Shown here: positions 51,153 through 60,572 of the stretch, one piece after another
Position numbering within the stretch: position 1 is the stretch's first letter
How the letters are laid out: each line of letters begins with the position of its first letter
From: an uncultured Gemmatimonadaceae bacterium
GTDB taxonomy: Bacteria > Gemmatimonadota > Gemmatimonadetes > Gemmatimonadales > Gemmatimonadaceae
Assembly: GCA_963740355.1 (NCBI GenBank)
Contig: CAVUDW010000003.1
Coordinates: 2,016,001-2,080,000 of the forward strand
Direction: 5' to 3'
DNA: 64,000 nt
Made by a program: the position numbers and the translations under genes
Notes under the pieces: generated by a model
Database searches by the model: none
Told to the model about the DNA's origin: nothing
Seen by the model: the letters and a program-made list of their open reading frames with translations, nothing else

Positions 51153-52479
51153 GTGGCACTCCGGCCGTCAATGAAGAGAGAGTCGTGCCGGCAGCGCGTT
51201 CGAGATCGGTGCGGGACGAATTGGCAGCGGCCAGCGCATCGGCGAACTGGCTCTGCGCGCTGAGCAGTGTGCGGCGCGCATCGAGGACCTCGAGGGCCGA
51301 CAGGCCGCCCAGCGCATAACTCACGGTCGAGATGCGATACGCCTCACGCGCCGATGGCAGCAGGCGATCACGCAGGAACACCACCTGTCGCTGCGCCGCC
51401 TCGGCAGTGGCATAGGCGACGCGCACATCCTGCGCGACAGCCGCGCGCGCATCGCGATAGGTCGCCGCCAGTTCCAGCTCGCGATGGTGCGTCTCGGCGA
51501 AGTCACCCTTGGTGTGATTCCAGAACAGCAATGGAATCGGCACCGAGAATCCGACCGAATAGCTGATCCCTTCGCCGGCCGCCGCATCCTTGCCGGCACC
51601 GAGTGTCAGGTCAGGCAGGAAGGCGTTCTCGCGAACCAGCGAGCTGCTCGCCTTTGCACCGCGCTGCTGCGCCTCGATCGCTCGCAACTCAGGTCGTGAC
51701 CTGAGTGCTGCGTCTTCCACTGCGTCGAGCGGCGGCAGGCCTGCGGGTTCGGCAAGTGTGTCGGCGGTGACCAGCGCGCCACCCAGTGTACGGCCGATGA
51801 TCCGGTTGAGCGCGGCGTCGGCATTGGCGATGTCACGACGGCTGGCAATGAGGTCGTTCTCGGCCTGTGCCAGATCCACCTGCGCCTTGATCACATCCAG
51901 TCGCGGCACAGTGCCGGCGTCGAAGCGTGCCTGCGTGCGCTTGAGGAATTCCGTCGCCAGCTCGCGTGACTGATTCAGGTCGCGCTGGTGTCGATGCACC
52001 ACCAGCACCGAGTCATACAGCCTACCTGCTGCGGACGCGAGTTGTTGAATCGTGAGCGCATACGACTCCTGCGAGACTGCGACGTTGGCCGAGCCGATGC
52101 GTCCGGCGAGCCGGATCTTGTCGGGGAACGGAATGCCGCCGCTGAGCAGCAGTGGGCGAGCAGGTGCACCGCCGAGGTGGCGAAGACTCGTCACCGAGTC
52201 ATACGAGCCGGTGAAGACCGGGTCCGGAATCGCCATGCCAGAGACGCGTTGCGCACGCGCCTGTGCCAGTTGCTCGCGGGCAATCTCGATCTGTGGATTG
52301 GCGCGAATCGCCAGTGCGATCGCCTGCTGTCGCGAAATCACGAGCGTATCGACTACGCGTGAATCGCTGACTGGTGCAAGGCCGGAGCGCGGTGGCGCCG
52401 GCGGTGTCTGTGCGGACGACGCGCCGGACGGGAGCCAAAGCCCCAGCGCCAGCGCGAGCATCCCGACGGATGTTCGCAT
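51145..52479 (-). CDS. czcC: TolC-family outer membrane efflux protein
   Basis: Two OEP repeats (RFDAGTVPRLDV; SYALGGLSALEVLDARR); signal peptide. Confidence 0.88.
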   Translation of the reverse strand: MRTSVGMLALALGLWLPSGASSAQTPPAPPRSGLAPVSDSRVVDTLVISRQQAIALAIRANPQIEIAREQLAQARAQRVSGMAIPDPVFTGSYDSVTSLRHLGGAPARPLLLSGGIPFPDKIRLAGRIGSANVAVSQESYALTIQQLASAAGRLYDSVLVVHRHQRDLNQSRELATEFLKRTQARFDAGTVPRLDVIKAQVDLAQAENDLIASRRDIANADAALNRIIGRTLGGALVTADTLAEPAGLPPLDAVEDAALRSRPELRAIEAQQRGAKASSSLVRENAFLPDLTLGAGKDAAAGEGISYSVGFSVPIPLLFWNHTKGDFAETHHRELELAATYRDARAAVAQDVRVAYATAEAAQRQVVFLRDRLLPSAREAYRISTVSYALGGLSALEVLDARRTLLSAQSQFADALAAANSSRTDLERAAGTTLSSLTAGVPHD

Positions 52480-52563
52480 GACCTGTCTCTCTGATGTCTG
52501 ATGCCAGCGACGCGTACACGCGTGCGGCGAGGCGACGATCTCCGGTGTGGAGATTGCGCGTGA

Positions 52564-52914
52564 TCAGCTCAGGACAGGCGGCGCTCGACTGCTGTTGGAG
52601 GCGGGTGGCCCGCGGGTCGAGACCATGCCGACGTATTCCACCGCTGGTGATCGCGGTGCAGCGTGGGCGGGAGGATCGACGTCACGCTCGACCACCGTGG
52701 CCTGCAATGCACGCACGCCGCAGACGACGCAGGTGCGTTCGTTGTGGGCGGCCGAATGGCGATTGCCGCGACGTTCGGTGTGGGCAGCAGGTCGGCGACC
52801 GTCATGATCGAGCGCTGGCGCCACTGCGACTCCCACCTGCAACACGAGCACCAGCACCGCCAGACATCGGCGCTGCCATTGGGCTGCTCTGTTGAGGAAG
52901 TCGCGGAGGGTCAT
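52564..52914 (-). CDS. DUF2946-like leader protein with His/CxxC and C-terminal RGPP/RAPP motifs
   Basis: N-terminal hydrophobic segment, H-rich stretch, CVVC, ends STRGPPASNSSRAPPVLS; directly upstream of efflux operon. Confidence 0.75.
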   Translation of the reverse strand: MTLRDFLNRAAQWQRRCLAVLVLVLQVGVAVAPALDHDGRRPAAHTERRGNRHSAAHNERTCVVCGVRALQATVVERDVDPPAHAAPRSPAVEYVGMVSTRGPPASNSSRAPPVLS

Positions 52915-53019
52915 CTGTGGTGATAGTACGCGCGCTGTACCGGGATCGCTTGTGATCGGTACCCGAAGATCGGGTCGATGATCGGAAACCCCGACGCAGA
53001 CGTGATATTGTAGAGCCTG

Positions 53020-53535
53020 CTACTTCAACATTCGCAGCAGCGAGGTGCCCTGCCGGTCGCGAATGTCTGCAATTCGCCAGCTTCCCCGCTCCCGGCGCAG
53101 CACATACGTCACGGTGTATCGGCGGATCCCGTCGAAGAAACGCACCGGCACCAGCATCCGCGCGCCTGACGGCTGACCCGCGCCGACGGTGAACCGAGTC
53201 GGATAATCCTGGCTGTCGGTGAACGGATCGCCGTCGAGGTCGGGGACTTCGTCGGGATCGACCGGCTTGGCGAAGTAGTGGGCGAAGCTCGCCGCCAGCG
53301 ATGCAGTCAGCCAGCGGCGCTTCTTGTTCACCGACGTGCTGTCGAAACCCGCCTGCGACGCCAGGTGCTCCGTCACCAGTTGGCGCACGACGCCGGATGG
53401 CGTGACGGAGTCCGCAAGCTGCGGCGCAACGACCGGTGCCGGCGCGTCGCGCGATGCATCAGCCACGGACGCGCCGACGTCGACAGCCCACAACAGCATG
53501 CCGAGGAGCAGCCATGCGGCGCGCCGCCGCGACAC
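53020..53535 (-). CDS. DUF3828/YbjP-like exported protein
   Basis: LDGDPFTDSQD, WRIADI; start uncertain (53535 or 53592). Confidence 0.65.
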   Translation of the reverse strand: MSRRRAAWLLLGMLLWAVDVGASVADASRDAPAPVVAPQLADSVTPSGVVRQLVTEHLASQAGFDSTSVNKKRRWLTASLAASFAHYFAKPVDPDEVPDLDGDPFTDSQDYPTRFTVGAGQPSGARMLVPVRFFDGIRRYTVTYVLRRERGSWRIADIRDRQGTSLLRMLK

Positions 53536-53638
53536 ACCGCGCGAAACCAGGCCGTCGTGAATCCGTCCTGTCGCCTCGTACCTGTCGTTCATGCCCGGCC
53601 TCTGGATTCGATGTCCACCCGAAGTGAGAATACGCACC

Positions 53639-54313
53639 ATGCCAGACGCAGATCCGATGAGCGAGTTTCGCGACCGAGCGGTTGCCGCCATGCGCGCCGC
53701 GATGGGGCTGGGTTCTGCACCGCTGGGCATCTTCCGCAAAAGTATGGAGATGAACTACGAGAAGTGGCATGACGGCGTCGGCTACGACCTCGATGCCCTG
53801 CGGCAGGTGCCAGTTGAAGATCATGCGGCGCTCTATTCCTGCCTCGTGCCGCCACAAGGCTGGCGCGACGTGGAGGCGTTGGCCGCGATGCACACCACGC
53901 ATGCCGATGACGCGTTGCGCACCGCGGCCACCGAGTCACCGATCAATGAAGTGAGGTTGTGGGTCGCGAACGTCGCGCCACATCTCGTCGACGGCTCGAC
54001 ACGCCTCGCACTGCTTCGCCGTGCGATCGAAACCGCCACCTTCGCCGACGGCATGGTGAGTGCGCTCGATCAGATCGAGCCTGCCGATCGCGATGCGTTG
54101 GGTGCGGATCTCCTGCGCGGCCTGCTCACGCGCGACGGGACACTGGCCTATCACTTCGCCGCGACGCTGGCGTTCATGCACGGCATCATCCCGTCGCGCG
54201 ACGACACGTCGCTTCGGCCCCTGTTCCTGCAGTTCAACACACCGGATGTCGAGGCGCGCCGCGGTGCGTATCGTGAACTGTGCGAAAGGATCGGCGTGGA
54301 GTACGATCAGTGA
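53639..54313 (+). CDS. Hypothetical helical protein
   Basis: Coding-like composition (FRKSMEMNYEKWHDGVGYDLDAL, WRDVEAL); no recognised family. Confidence 0.7.
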   Translation: MPDADPMSEFRDRAVAAMRAAMGLGSAPLGIFRKSMEMNYEKWHDGVGYDLDALRQVPVEDHAALYSCLVPPQGWRDVEALAAMHTTHADDALRTAATESPINEVRLWVANVAPHLVDGSTRLALLRRAIETATFADGMVSALDQIEPADRDALGADLLRGLLTRDGTLAYHFAATLAFMHGIIPSRDDTSLRPLFLQFNTPDVEARRGAYRELCERIGVEYDQ

Positions 54314-54351
54314 TCGTCTCGCTCAGCGTGCGGGCAGCGAACTCGACGCGC

Positions 54352-54864
54352 TCAATCGCCGCGCTGCACCCACCGATACCGGCCCGCGCGAAACGAAATC
54401 GCTCCACCACCGGATTCCGATCGTGTGATCACCACCACATCGGGGCGCCCGCGCTGTGACTCGACTCGCCACTGATCGGCCCAGTCGAAGCTGTCGCCGC
54501 CATTGCCGAAGTCCCTTCCGGCGCCCACCAGAAACTCGGCACCGGCTCGGCGATGGATGAAGAGAATGCCTTCCTTCCCGCCTGCCGTGCGTTTCACGAA
54601 TACGGCTACGTCGCTGCGTCCATCACCGTCAAAGTCGCCGGTATGCAGGCTGGGTGTGAGCCGGTCGCTCATCGCCACTTCACGCGTGCGTACCGCCGCG
54701 GCCCACCGCGCTGTCGCCCACGTCGGCAGTGTGTCACCCGACACACTGACAATTGGTGCCGCAAACACTACCGGCTCGACTTCCAGTACAACGGAAGTCG
54801 AGCCGACGAGTGATAGCGCGAACAACGCCACGGTCACGACAGGTGTCATGACCAGTGCCATCAT
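54352..54864 (-). CDS. Hypothetical exported protein with FG-GAP-like motif
   Basis: Hydrophobic N-terminus; GDFDGDGRSD; overlaps upstream stop. Confidence 0.65.
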   Translation of the reverse strand: MMALVMTPVVTVALFALSLVGSTSVVLEVEPVVFAAPIVSVSGDTLPTWATARWAAAVRTREVAMSDRLTPSLHTGDFDGDGRSDVAVFVKRTAGGKEGILFIHRRAGAEFLVGAGRDFGNGGDSFDWADQWRVESQRGRPDVVVITRSESGGGAISFRAGRYRWVQRGD

Positions 54865-57137
54865 GGCACCGGCTTGGCGCCGGTGGCCTGCTCCAGCAAC
54901 TGCGCCGCGCGCGCGATCAAGTCGCTTTCGCGCAGCAGTGCCGCGGCAAGCTTGTTGACCTGCTCATCGGCCAGCTTCCAGTCGCGCTGCTCGATCGCTT
55001 CGCGAACGCCGGGCATCGTCTTCACGCCGTAGCCCGTGTAGTAACCTGGCGCATACAGCGAGTGTTGGTACCACGGCCGCTTCGGCAGGCCTTCCGGAAT
55101 CAACATCACCTGGTCACTCTGGCGCAGCAGTGCGTTCACCTGTGCCAACGCCGCCGCGCTGGCTGCACTCCCCTGCAGGCCACCATACGCCTTCTCGTAA
55201 CGCTCAGCGACACGTGCGAGTGAATCAGTCGCGTTCTGGATCGGCGCGAAGTTGAGATATGGCACCGGCGCCTTGGCCGTCGGTGCCTGCAACGGATTGC
55301 GCGGATCGTTGGTGATCGTGTAGGCGCCTTCCGCCACGCGACGATTCAGTTCCTCGATCTCCTTCGCTGTGGTCTCGCGCAGCTTCGTCACTTCGCCGAG
55401 GTAGCGCGTGGCGGTTGCGGAGAGACTGCCGAATTCTGCCGGCAGCAGGTCCGCGTTGGCGACGCGCATCACCATCATGCCAGCCACCTGCGCCAGTGCC
55501 TTGCCGTAGACGAATGAGGTGTCGCTGAAGCGCGTGTACCAGCTGAAGCTGTCGTAGATCGAGTGGTAGATGCCACCACCATCTTCGCCACCGAAGCCGA
55601 TGTTGAGCGTCGGGACACCGGCGTGCTGCAGGAAGGGGGTGAAGTCCGAGCCAGAGCCAAGGGCCTCGATGCGGAGATCACGCTGCGAACGGGCGTCGGC
55701 GTTGCCATTCAGTACTTCAGCCATGCGCTGGCGCTGCAGCACGGTCACGTTCGATTCCGGATCGGTCACTTCACCAGCAACCTCCGTCACGAAGCGTTCC
55801 ATGGCGTGTGAACCCGCAGCGCCGAGTGTGCCACGACCGTTGCCATCGGTGTTGAGATAGAACACACCCTTCGCGCGCATGTCGGCCATGTGTTCTTCCA
55901 CCCACTCGGTCGATCCGAGCAGCGATGGCTCTTCGCCGTCCCAGGCCATGTAGATGATCGTGCGCTTCGGCTTCCAGCCCTGCTTCACCAACTCGCCCAG
56001 CGCACGGGCTTCCTCGAGTTCGGCCACCAAGCCCGAGATCGGGTCTTCGGCGCCATTCACCCAGCCGTCGTGGTGATTGCCGCGCATCACCCATTCGTCG
56101 GGGAACGTCGAGCCCTTGAGCGTCGCGATCACGTTGTAGAGCGGCGTCTGCTTCCAGTCGAACTCGAGATGCAGGTGGACACGCGCCGAACCAGGTCCGA
56201 GGCGATAGGTGATCGGCAAGCCACCACGCCACGACGGCGGTGCAACCGGGCCGGTGAGCGCGGCCAGCAGCGGCTGCGCATCGGCGTACGAAATCGGCAT
56301 CACCGGGATCTTCATGATCGTGATCGCGTCCTTGCGATCGAGACGCTTGGCACCCGGCGACGCACCGACGCCTGGCGTGAGCGGATCGCCCGGATAGGTC
56401 GGCATGTCGAGCACACTGCCACGCTGCACGCCATCCTTCGGGCGATACGGACCGTTCGGATACGTCTCACCTTCGGCATAGCCGTCATCACGCGGATCGG
56501 AGTAGATCAACGCACCGACCGCACCATGTTCGTAGGCCACCTTCGGCTTGATGCCGCGCCATGATCCGCCGTAACGCGCGATCACGATCGCACCCTTGAC
56601 CGAGATACCGCGGCGTTCGAGTTCGTCGTAGTCGGCGGGCACGCCGTAGTTCACGTAGACGAGCGGCGCCGTGACATCGCCCTCGCCTGAATAGGCGTTG
56701 TACGTCGGCAGCTGTTCAGCGCGCTGGTTGGTGGTCGGATCCTCCTTCAGGATCGGCTCTTCCAGCTTGGCCGTGAATCGCGTTGGCCCGACCATCTCCA
56801 GCACGCGAATGCGCGGCGTCGGGAAGAGCACATCGAAACGTTCGATGCGCGCGTCCCAGCCGTACGACTGGAATTGCGCGCGCAACCATTCGGCGTTGTC
56901 CTTGCCGTACGGCGAGCCGAGGTGATGCGGGCGGGCCGCGAGGCGGCGCATCGCTTCACGCATGCGCGACGGCTCGGGAAGCGCGCGGAACTTGGCTTCC
57001 CATTCACGCTGGGTCTTGGCCGTGGCGGCCGTGAAGCCGCGGATGGGCGGATCGTCGAGGCGTGGCGCAGCGGCCAGCGAAAGCGCGAAGAGCGCGGCCG
57101 GAAGGGCGAGCGAGGAAACACGACCAGGAAGCGGCAT
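54861..57137 (-). CDS. M28 peptidase, glutamate carboxypeptidase II-like (PA + TfR dimerisation domains)
   Basis: PHHLGS, YVNYG, GNHHDGW, GAEDP, WDGEE, GSGSDF, YHSIYD. Confidence 0.92.
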   Translation of the reverse strand: MPLPGRVSSLALPAALFALSLAAAPRLDDPPIRGFTAATAKTQREWEAKFRALPEPSRMREAMRRLAARPHHLGSPYGKDNAEWLRAQFQSYGWDARIERFDVLFPTPRIRVLEMVGPTRFTAKLEEPILKEDPTTNQRAEQLPTYNAYSGEGDVTAPLVYVNYGVPADYDELERRGISVKGAIVIARYGGSWRGIKPKVAYEHGAVGALIYSDPRDDGYAEGETYPNGPYRPKDGVQRGSVLDMPTYPGDPLTPGVGASPGAKRLDRKDAITIMKIPVMPISYADAQPLLAALTGPVAPPSWRGGLPITYRLGPGSARVHLHLEFDWKQTPLYNVIATLKGSTFPDEWVMRGNHHDGWVNGAEDPISGLVAELEEARALGELVKQGWKPKRTIIYMAWDGEEPSLLGSTEWVEEHMADMRAKGVFYLNTDGNGRGTLGAAGSHAMERFVTEVAGEVTDPESNVTVLQRQRMAEVLNGNADARSQRDLRIEALGSGSDFTPFLQHAGVPTLNIGFGGEDGGGIYHSIYDSFSWYTRFSDTSFVYGKALAQVAGMMVMRVANADLLPAEFGSLSATATRYLGEVTKLRETTAKEIEELNRRVAEGAYTITNDPRNPLQAPTAKAPVPYLNFAPIQNATDSLARVAERYEKAYGGLQGSAASAAALAQVNALLRQSDQVMLIPEGLPKRPWYQHSLYAPGYYTGYGVKTMPGVREAIEQRDWKLADEQVNKLAAALLRESDLIARAAQLLEQATGAKPVP

Positions 57138-57266
57138 GTCGGTGCGAGGGCGGCGGGAGTTCGGGAGGGCCTGCGGCAGCGTGTTGGCTGCTCGCTCTCC
57201 AATGGTGGCGCTCCGGCAGCCGATCGACAACGGAGGGTCTCGTGGGGCGCGCTTGGCGATCCGCCA

Positions 57267-57423
57267 CCGATCAAGGGGTCAGAGATCTTGATCGTTCGCC
57301 GATCAAGATCTCTGACCCCTTGATCGGCGGCTAAGTGCATGTCCGCCAACAGCTTGCGGCGAAACAACCCCGATCAAGATCTCTGACCCCTTGATCGATC
57401 AAGATCTCCGACCCCTTGATCGG
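57267..57423. repeat. REP-like repeat cluster (cgatcaagatctctgaccccttgatcg x4)
   Basis: Perfect 28-bp inverted pair 57267-57294/57300-57327; further copies at 57371 and 57396. Confidence 0.9.
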
Positions 57424-57514
57424 TGGCTAAACCCTTGCCCAGCAATGGCTTATCGCAAGAATTCGCTGTACAGCCACGCGCTGGGTCAGACACCGCCCTA
57501 CCCGTGCGCCGCGC

Positions 57515-58723
57515 TCAGAAACTGTACGCCGCGCCCAGCCCAAGCGTCACGTGCGAGCGCTTCGCGTTGAACACATCGCGATTCGATCTGTCGAGTCGCA
57601 CTTCCGGACGGAGCAGCACATTCGGCACGCTCTTGATGTTCAGCGTCGCGGTGGCGCTGGACAGCTGATGCCGCCCGCCGCCGACCAGCCCGTACGCACT
57701 CCCCGTCCGGAACCCGTTGGCATCGTTGAAGTAGTCGCCGCGCAACGCGACGCCCATCGTCCGCGTCGCATCGATCACAAGCCACGCGCCGGCCGCAGTC
57801 CAGGTGGCGGCCTGACTGGCATCAGGCAACGCACCGTTACGCGCCTCGCGCCCGATGTCGCCCTGGAGATACGCGGTCACCTTGCCGAGCTTCTGGCTCG
57901 CCAGCACCTCGAGGCCGCTGCGCTTGGCGCGTGTGTCGTCCGGCTCTTCCGCGCCGGTGAACCCTGCGAACGCAATCGACGTCGATGACGTCGGCGCAAT
58001 GCCGAGCCGCGCCATGTACGACAAGGCACCGTTGACGTCCGTCACCTGGTCCCAGCCGTTCAGGACACGCACCTGCGCATCGATGTAGCGATTGAATCGA
58101 TGCTCCACGCTGAGACCAGTCTGCGTGAAGTTCTCCGCATAGATGAACTGATTCGCGATCGAGAGGTTCGGGTTGAGCGGCGTCTCGATCAGTTCCAGGC
58201 CGAGGAACGTCGCCATCCGACCGAACTTGAATTGCACCCCTTCGCCGTTTGACGTCGGCACATTCAACGTGCCGAACAGTTGGTAGACATCGCCGTTCGG
58301 CCCCAGGCTGAAGCCGCTCGATTGCAGCACCGAGGCGTTCTGCCCGAAGATCACGTCCGCGTGGAAACCCGCATCGAGCCTGGCTGCATCGAACGGCCGA
58401 TCGAGCGAAAGCTTCAGCGCATTGAGCGCGAACTGGTTGTTGGTCCGCTCGTAGAGGCGGCCCGCGATCGCGCGACCATTCGGGTTGCTGGAATGATTGA
58501 ACGCCGATTCGACATACCCGGAGAGCTTGAGGCCGAAGGGCACCGTGGGCGCAGCCGCGTCGGCTGGCACCGGCGCCACCGGCCTGACCACAGCGCCGCG
58601 GCTGCTGTCGCCACGCACCACACTGTCGACCGGACCCTTCATCGCCAGCAGGGTCTGGCACTCGGCAACCTGGCTCGCCACGGCGAGTGACACGAACGGA
58701 ACCAGCAGGTGAAGAGCCTTCAT
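57515..58723 (-). CDS. Outer-membrane beta-barrel porin (BBP2/OmpL-like)
   Basis: Signal peptide; LSGYVE, KFGRMATFLGLE..NPN, NGWD, LRPEVRLD; terminal YSF. Confidence 0.82.
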   Translation of the reverse strand: MKALHLLVPFVSLAVASQVAECQTLLAMKGPVDSVVRGDSSRGAVVRPVAPVPADAAAPTVPFGLKLSGYVESAFNHSSNPNGRAIAGRLYERTNNQFALNALKLSLDRPFDAARLDAGFHADVIFGQNASVLQSSGFSLGPNGDVYQLFGTLNVPTSNGEGVQFKFGRMATFLGLELIETPLNPNLSIANQFIYAENFTQTGLSVEHRFNRYIDAQVRVLNGWDQVTDVNGALSYMARLGIAPTSSTSIAFAGFTGAEEPDDTRAKRSGLEVLASQKLGKVTAYLQGDIGREARNGALPDASQAATWTAAGAWLVIDATRTMGVALRGDYFNDANGFRTGSAYGLVGGGRHQLSSATATLNIKSVPNVLLRPEVRLDRSNRDVFNAKRSHVTLGLGAAYSF

Positions 58724-59174
58724 GGTCAACACGCACTCCGGTACAGTGGTCGGAAAGCGCGACGACTCACTCCGGTGCGCTGCTGGCGCGGGCGCGACCT
58801 GACCTGACCTGCATGGTCGCCGCATTACGCCGTACCGGGATCCCGCATCGTCGCGGAGACTTCGCATCCGCCACGATCGCCCCTACGAGCTCGACCATAG
58901 CGTTACCGGGCAGTCTCGGCACGGCCGGGCTCGTTGTTGATATATCTGACGAAACTCGTCCCGCGAACAGGGACGTCATCGTGCGAAGCGCGATGCATCG
59001 ACCCGCGCTCAAAAAATCCGGCCAACGAAAGACCCGTGCACTTTCAGCACAGTTTTACGCACAAAGTGCCGCTTGACTTCTTGGAATGGCTTCAACGCTT
59101 GCCGATTCGTGCAGAAATTGCAGAATTCAGGGCGCACGCAAACGCGGGCACACTCCATCAGCCTGGACGGCGCC

Positions 59175-59567
59175 ATGAAGCTCATCACCACGATCATCCG
59201 ACCGGAACGACTCAGTGATGTGAAAGAGGCCCTCTTCCGCGTCGGCGTCACGGGCATCACCCTCAGCCGCGTCAGCGGACATGGCGGCGAAGCCGAAATC
59301 GTCGAGAACTTCCGCGGCTCCTCCGTCGTGATGGAATTCCACGACAAGGTGAAGATCGAAATGGCCGTCTCCGAACCATTCGTCGAGGTCACCTGCGCCG
59401 CCATCGTCTCGGCCGCCCGCACCGGCGAAGTCGGCGACGGGAAGATCTTCATCCAGGCGCTCGAGCGCGTCATCCGGATCCGAACCGGCGAGGAGAACGT
59501 GGCCGCCCTCACCCCGATCACCGCCGAAGACGTCCAGCTACTCGCCCAGGTCTCCGTCTTCGCCTGA
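59175..59567 (+). CDS. glnB: P-II nitrogen regulatory protein (atypical T-loop, C-terminal extension)
   Basis: MKLITTIIRP, ARTGEVGDGKIF, RIRTGE; glnB versus glnK cannot be distinguished. Confidence 0.9.
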   Translation: MKLITTIIRPERLSDVKEALFRVGVTGITLSRVSGHGGEAEIVENFRGSSVVMEFHDKVKIEMAVSEPFVEVTCAAIVSAARTGEVGDGKIFIQALERVIRIRTGEENVAALTPITAEDVQLLAQVSVFA

Positions 59568-59741
59568 CGAATCGCCGGGGAAGGTCGAGACACACCGGAA
59601 ACGGGGAGCCGCCCCGAGCCGCGGTGACCCCGCCGGGGTACAAAGTCACCGTATCGTGATACAGCACCCGATCGTCGTGACGATACCTATATATTCGTAG
59701 GCCCCTCGTCGCGCGGCACGCCGTCCTTTTCCCCGCTCTGC

Positions 59742-60515
59742 ATGGCCCGATATCGCCCCCTGATCGCCGTCACCACCCAGACGCTGCAGTCGATCGACGG
59801 GATTCCCGCCGGCCTGCCCCAGTCGGTGGTGATGAACCAGCGCTACTACGTGGCGGTCTCCCTGGTCGGAGCCGTGCCCTGCCTGGTTCCGCTGCTCGAT
59901 GACGACGAAGACACGCTCCGTGAGCTCTACGAGCGCGTGGACGGAATCCTCGTCCCCGGCGGCGTCGACATGGACCCGAGCACCTACGGCGAAGCTCCGC
60001 ACCCCCGGCTCGGCAATGTCGATCCGTCACGCGACCGCACGGAATTGCTGATGGCCAAGTGGGCCGTCGAAGACAAGAAGCCCTACCTGGGCCTCTGCCG
60101 TGGCGCACAGGTGCTGAACGTGGCGCAAGGCGGCTCGCTCTGGCAGGATCTGGACGCCGAATACGACGGCGCCATCAAGCACGACTACTTCCCCAACAGC
60201 GGCTTCGAACGCGATCACCTCGCCCACGAGGTAACCATCGCGCCAGGATCGCGCCTTCGTCATGCCATTGAGATCGAAAAGTTCTCGGTCAACTCAATGC
60301 ATCATCAAGGCGTGAAGACGCTCGGTCGCGGACTCGCGGCCACCGCCATCGCCCCCGACGGCCTGATCGAGGCCGTCGAACTCGACGACGACAACGCCTT
60401 CATCGTCGGCGTGCAGTGGCACCCGGAAGTCTTCGAATTGACGGATCCGCATACGCGACACCTCTTCAAGGAGTTCGTGGACGCGTCCGCCGACTGGCGC
60501 CGCGCGAAGGGCTGA
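59742..60515 (+). CDS. Peptidase C26 / gamma-glutamyl-gamma-aminobutyrate hydrolase-like
   Basis: PGGVD, GLCRGAQ, VNSMHHQ, GVQWHPE. Confidence 0.92.
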   Translation: MARYRPLIAVTTQTLQSIDGIPAGLPQSVVMNQRYYVAVSLVGAVPCLVPLLDDDEDTLRELYERVDGILVPGGVDMDPSTYGEAPHPRLGNVDPSRDRTELLMAKWAVEDKKPYLGLCRGAQVLNVAQGGSLWQDLDAEYDGAIKHDYFPNSGFERDHLAHEVTIAPGSRLRHAIEIEKFSVNSMHHQGVKTLGRGLAATAIAPDGLIEAVELDDDNAFIVGVQWHPEVFELTDPHTRHLFKEFVDASADWRRAKG

Positions 60516-60572
60516 GCGCCGGGCGAGGATCGTGACCCTGGCCCGCCCACCTGTCTGGGCCAGGGAACTGCG

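Noticed and set aside
59087..59102. Sigma-54 promoter candidate tggcttcaacgcttgc upstream of P-II
   Set aside because: GG-to-GC spacing is 11 nt rather than the required 10
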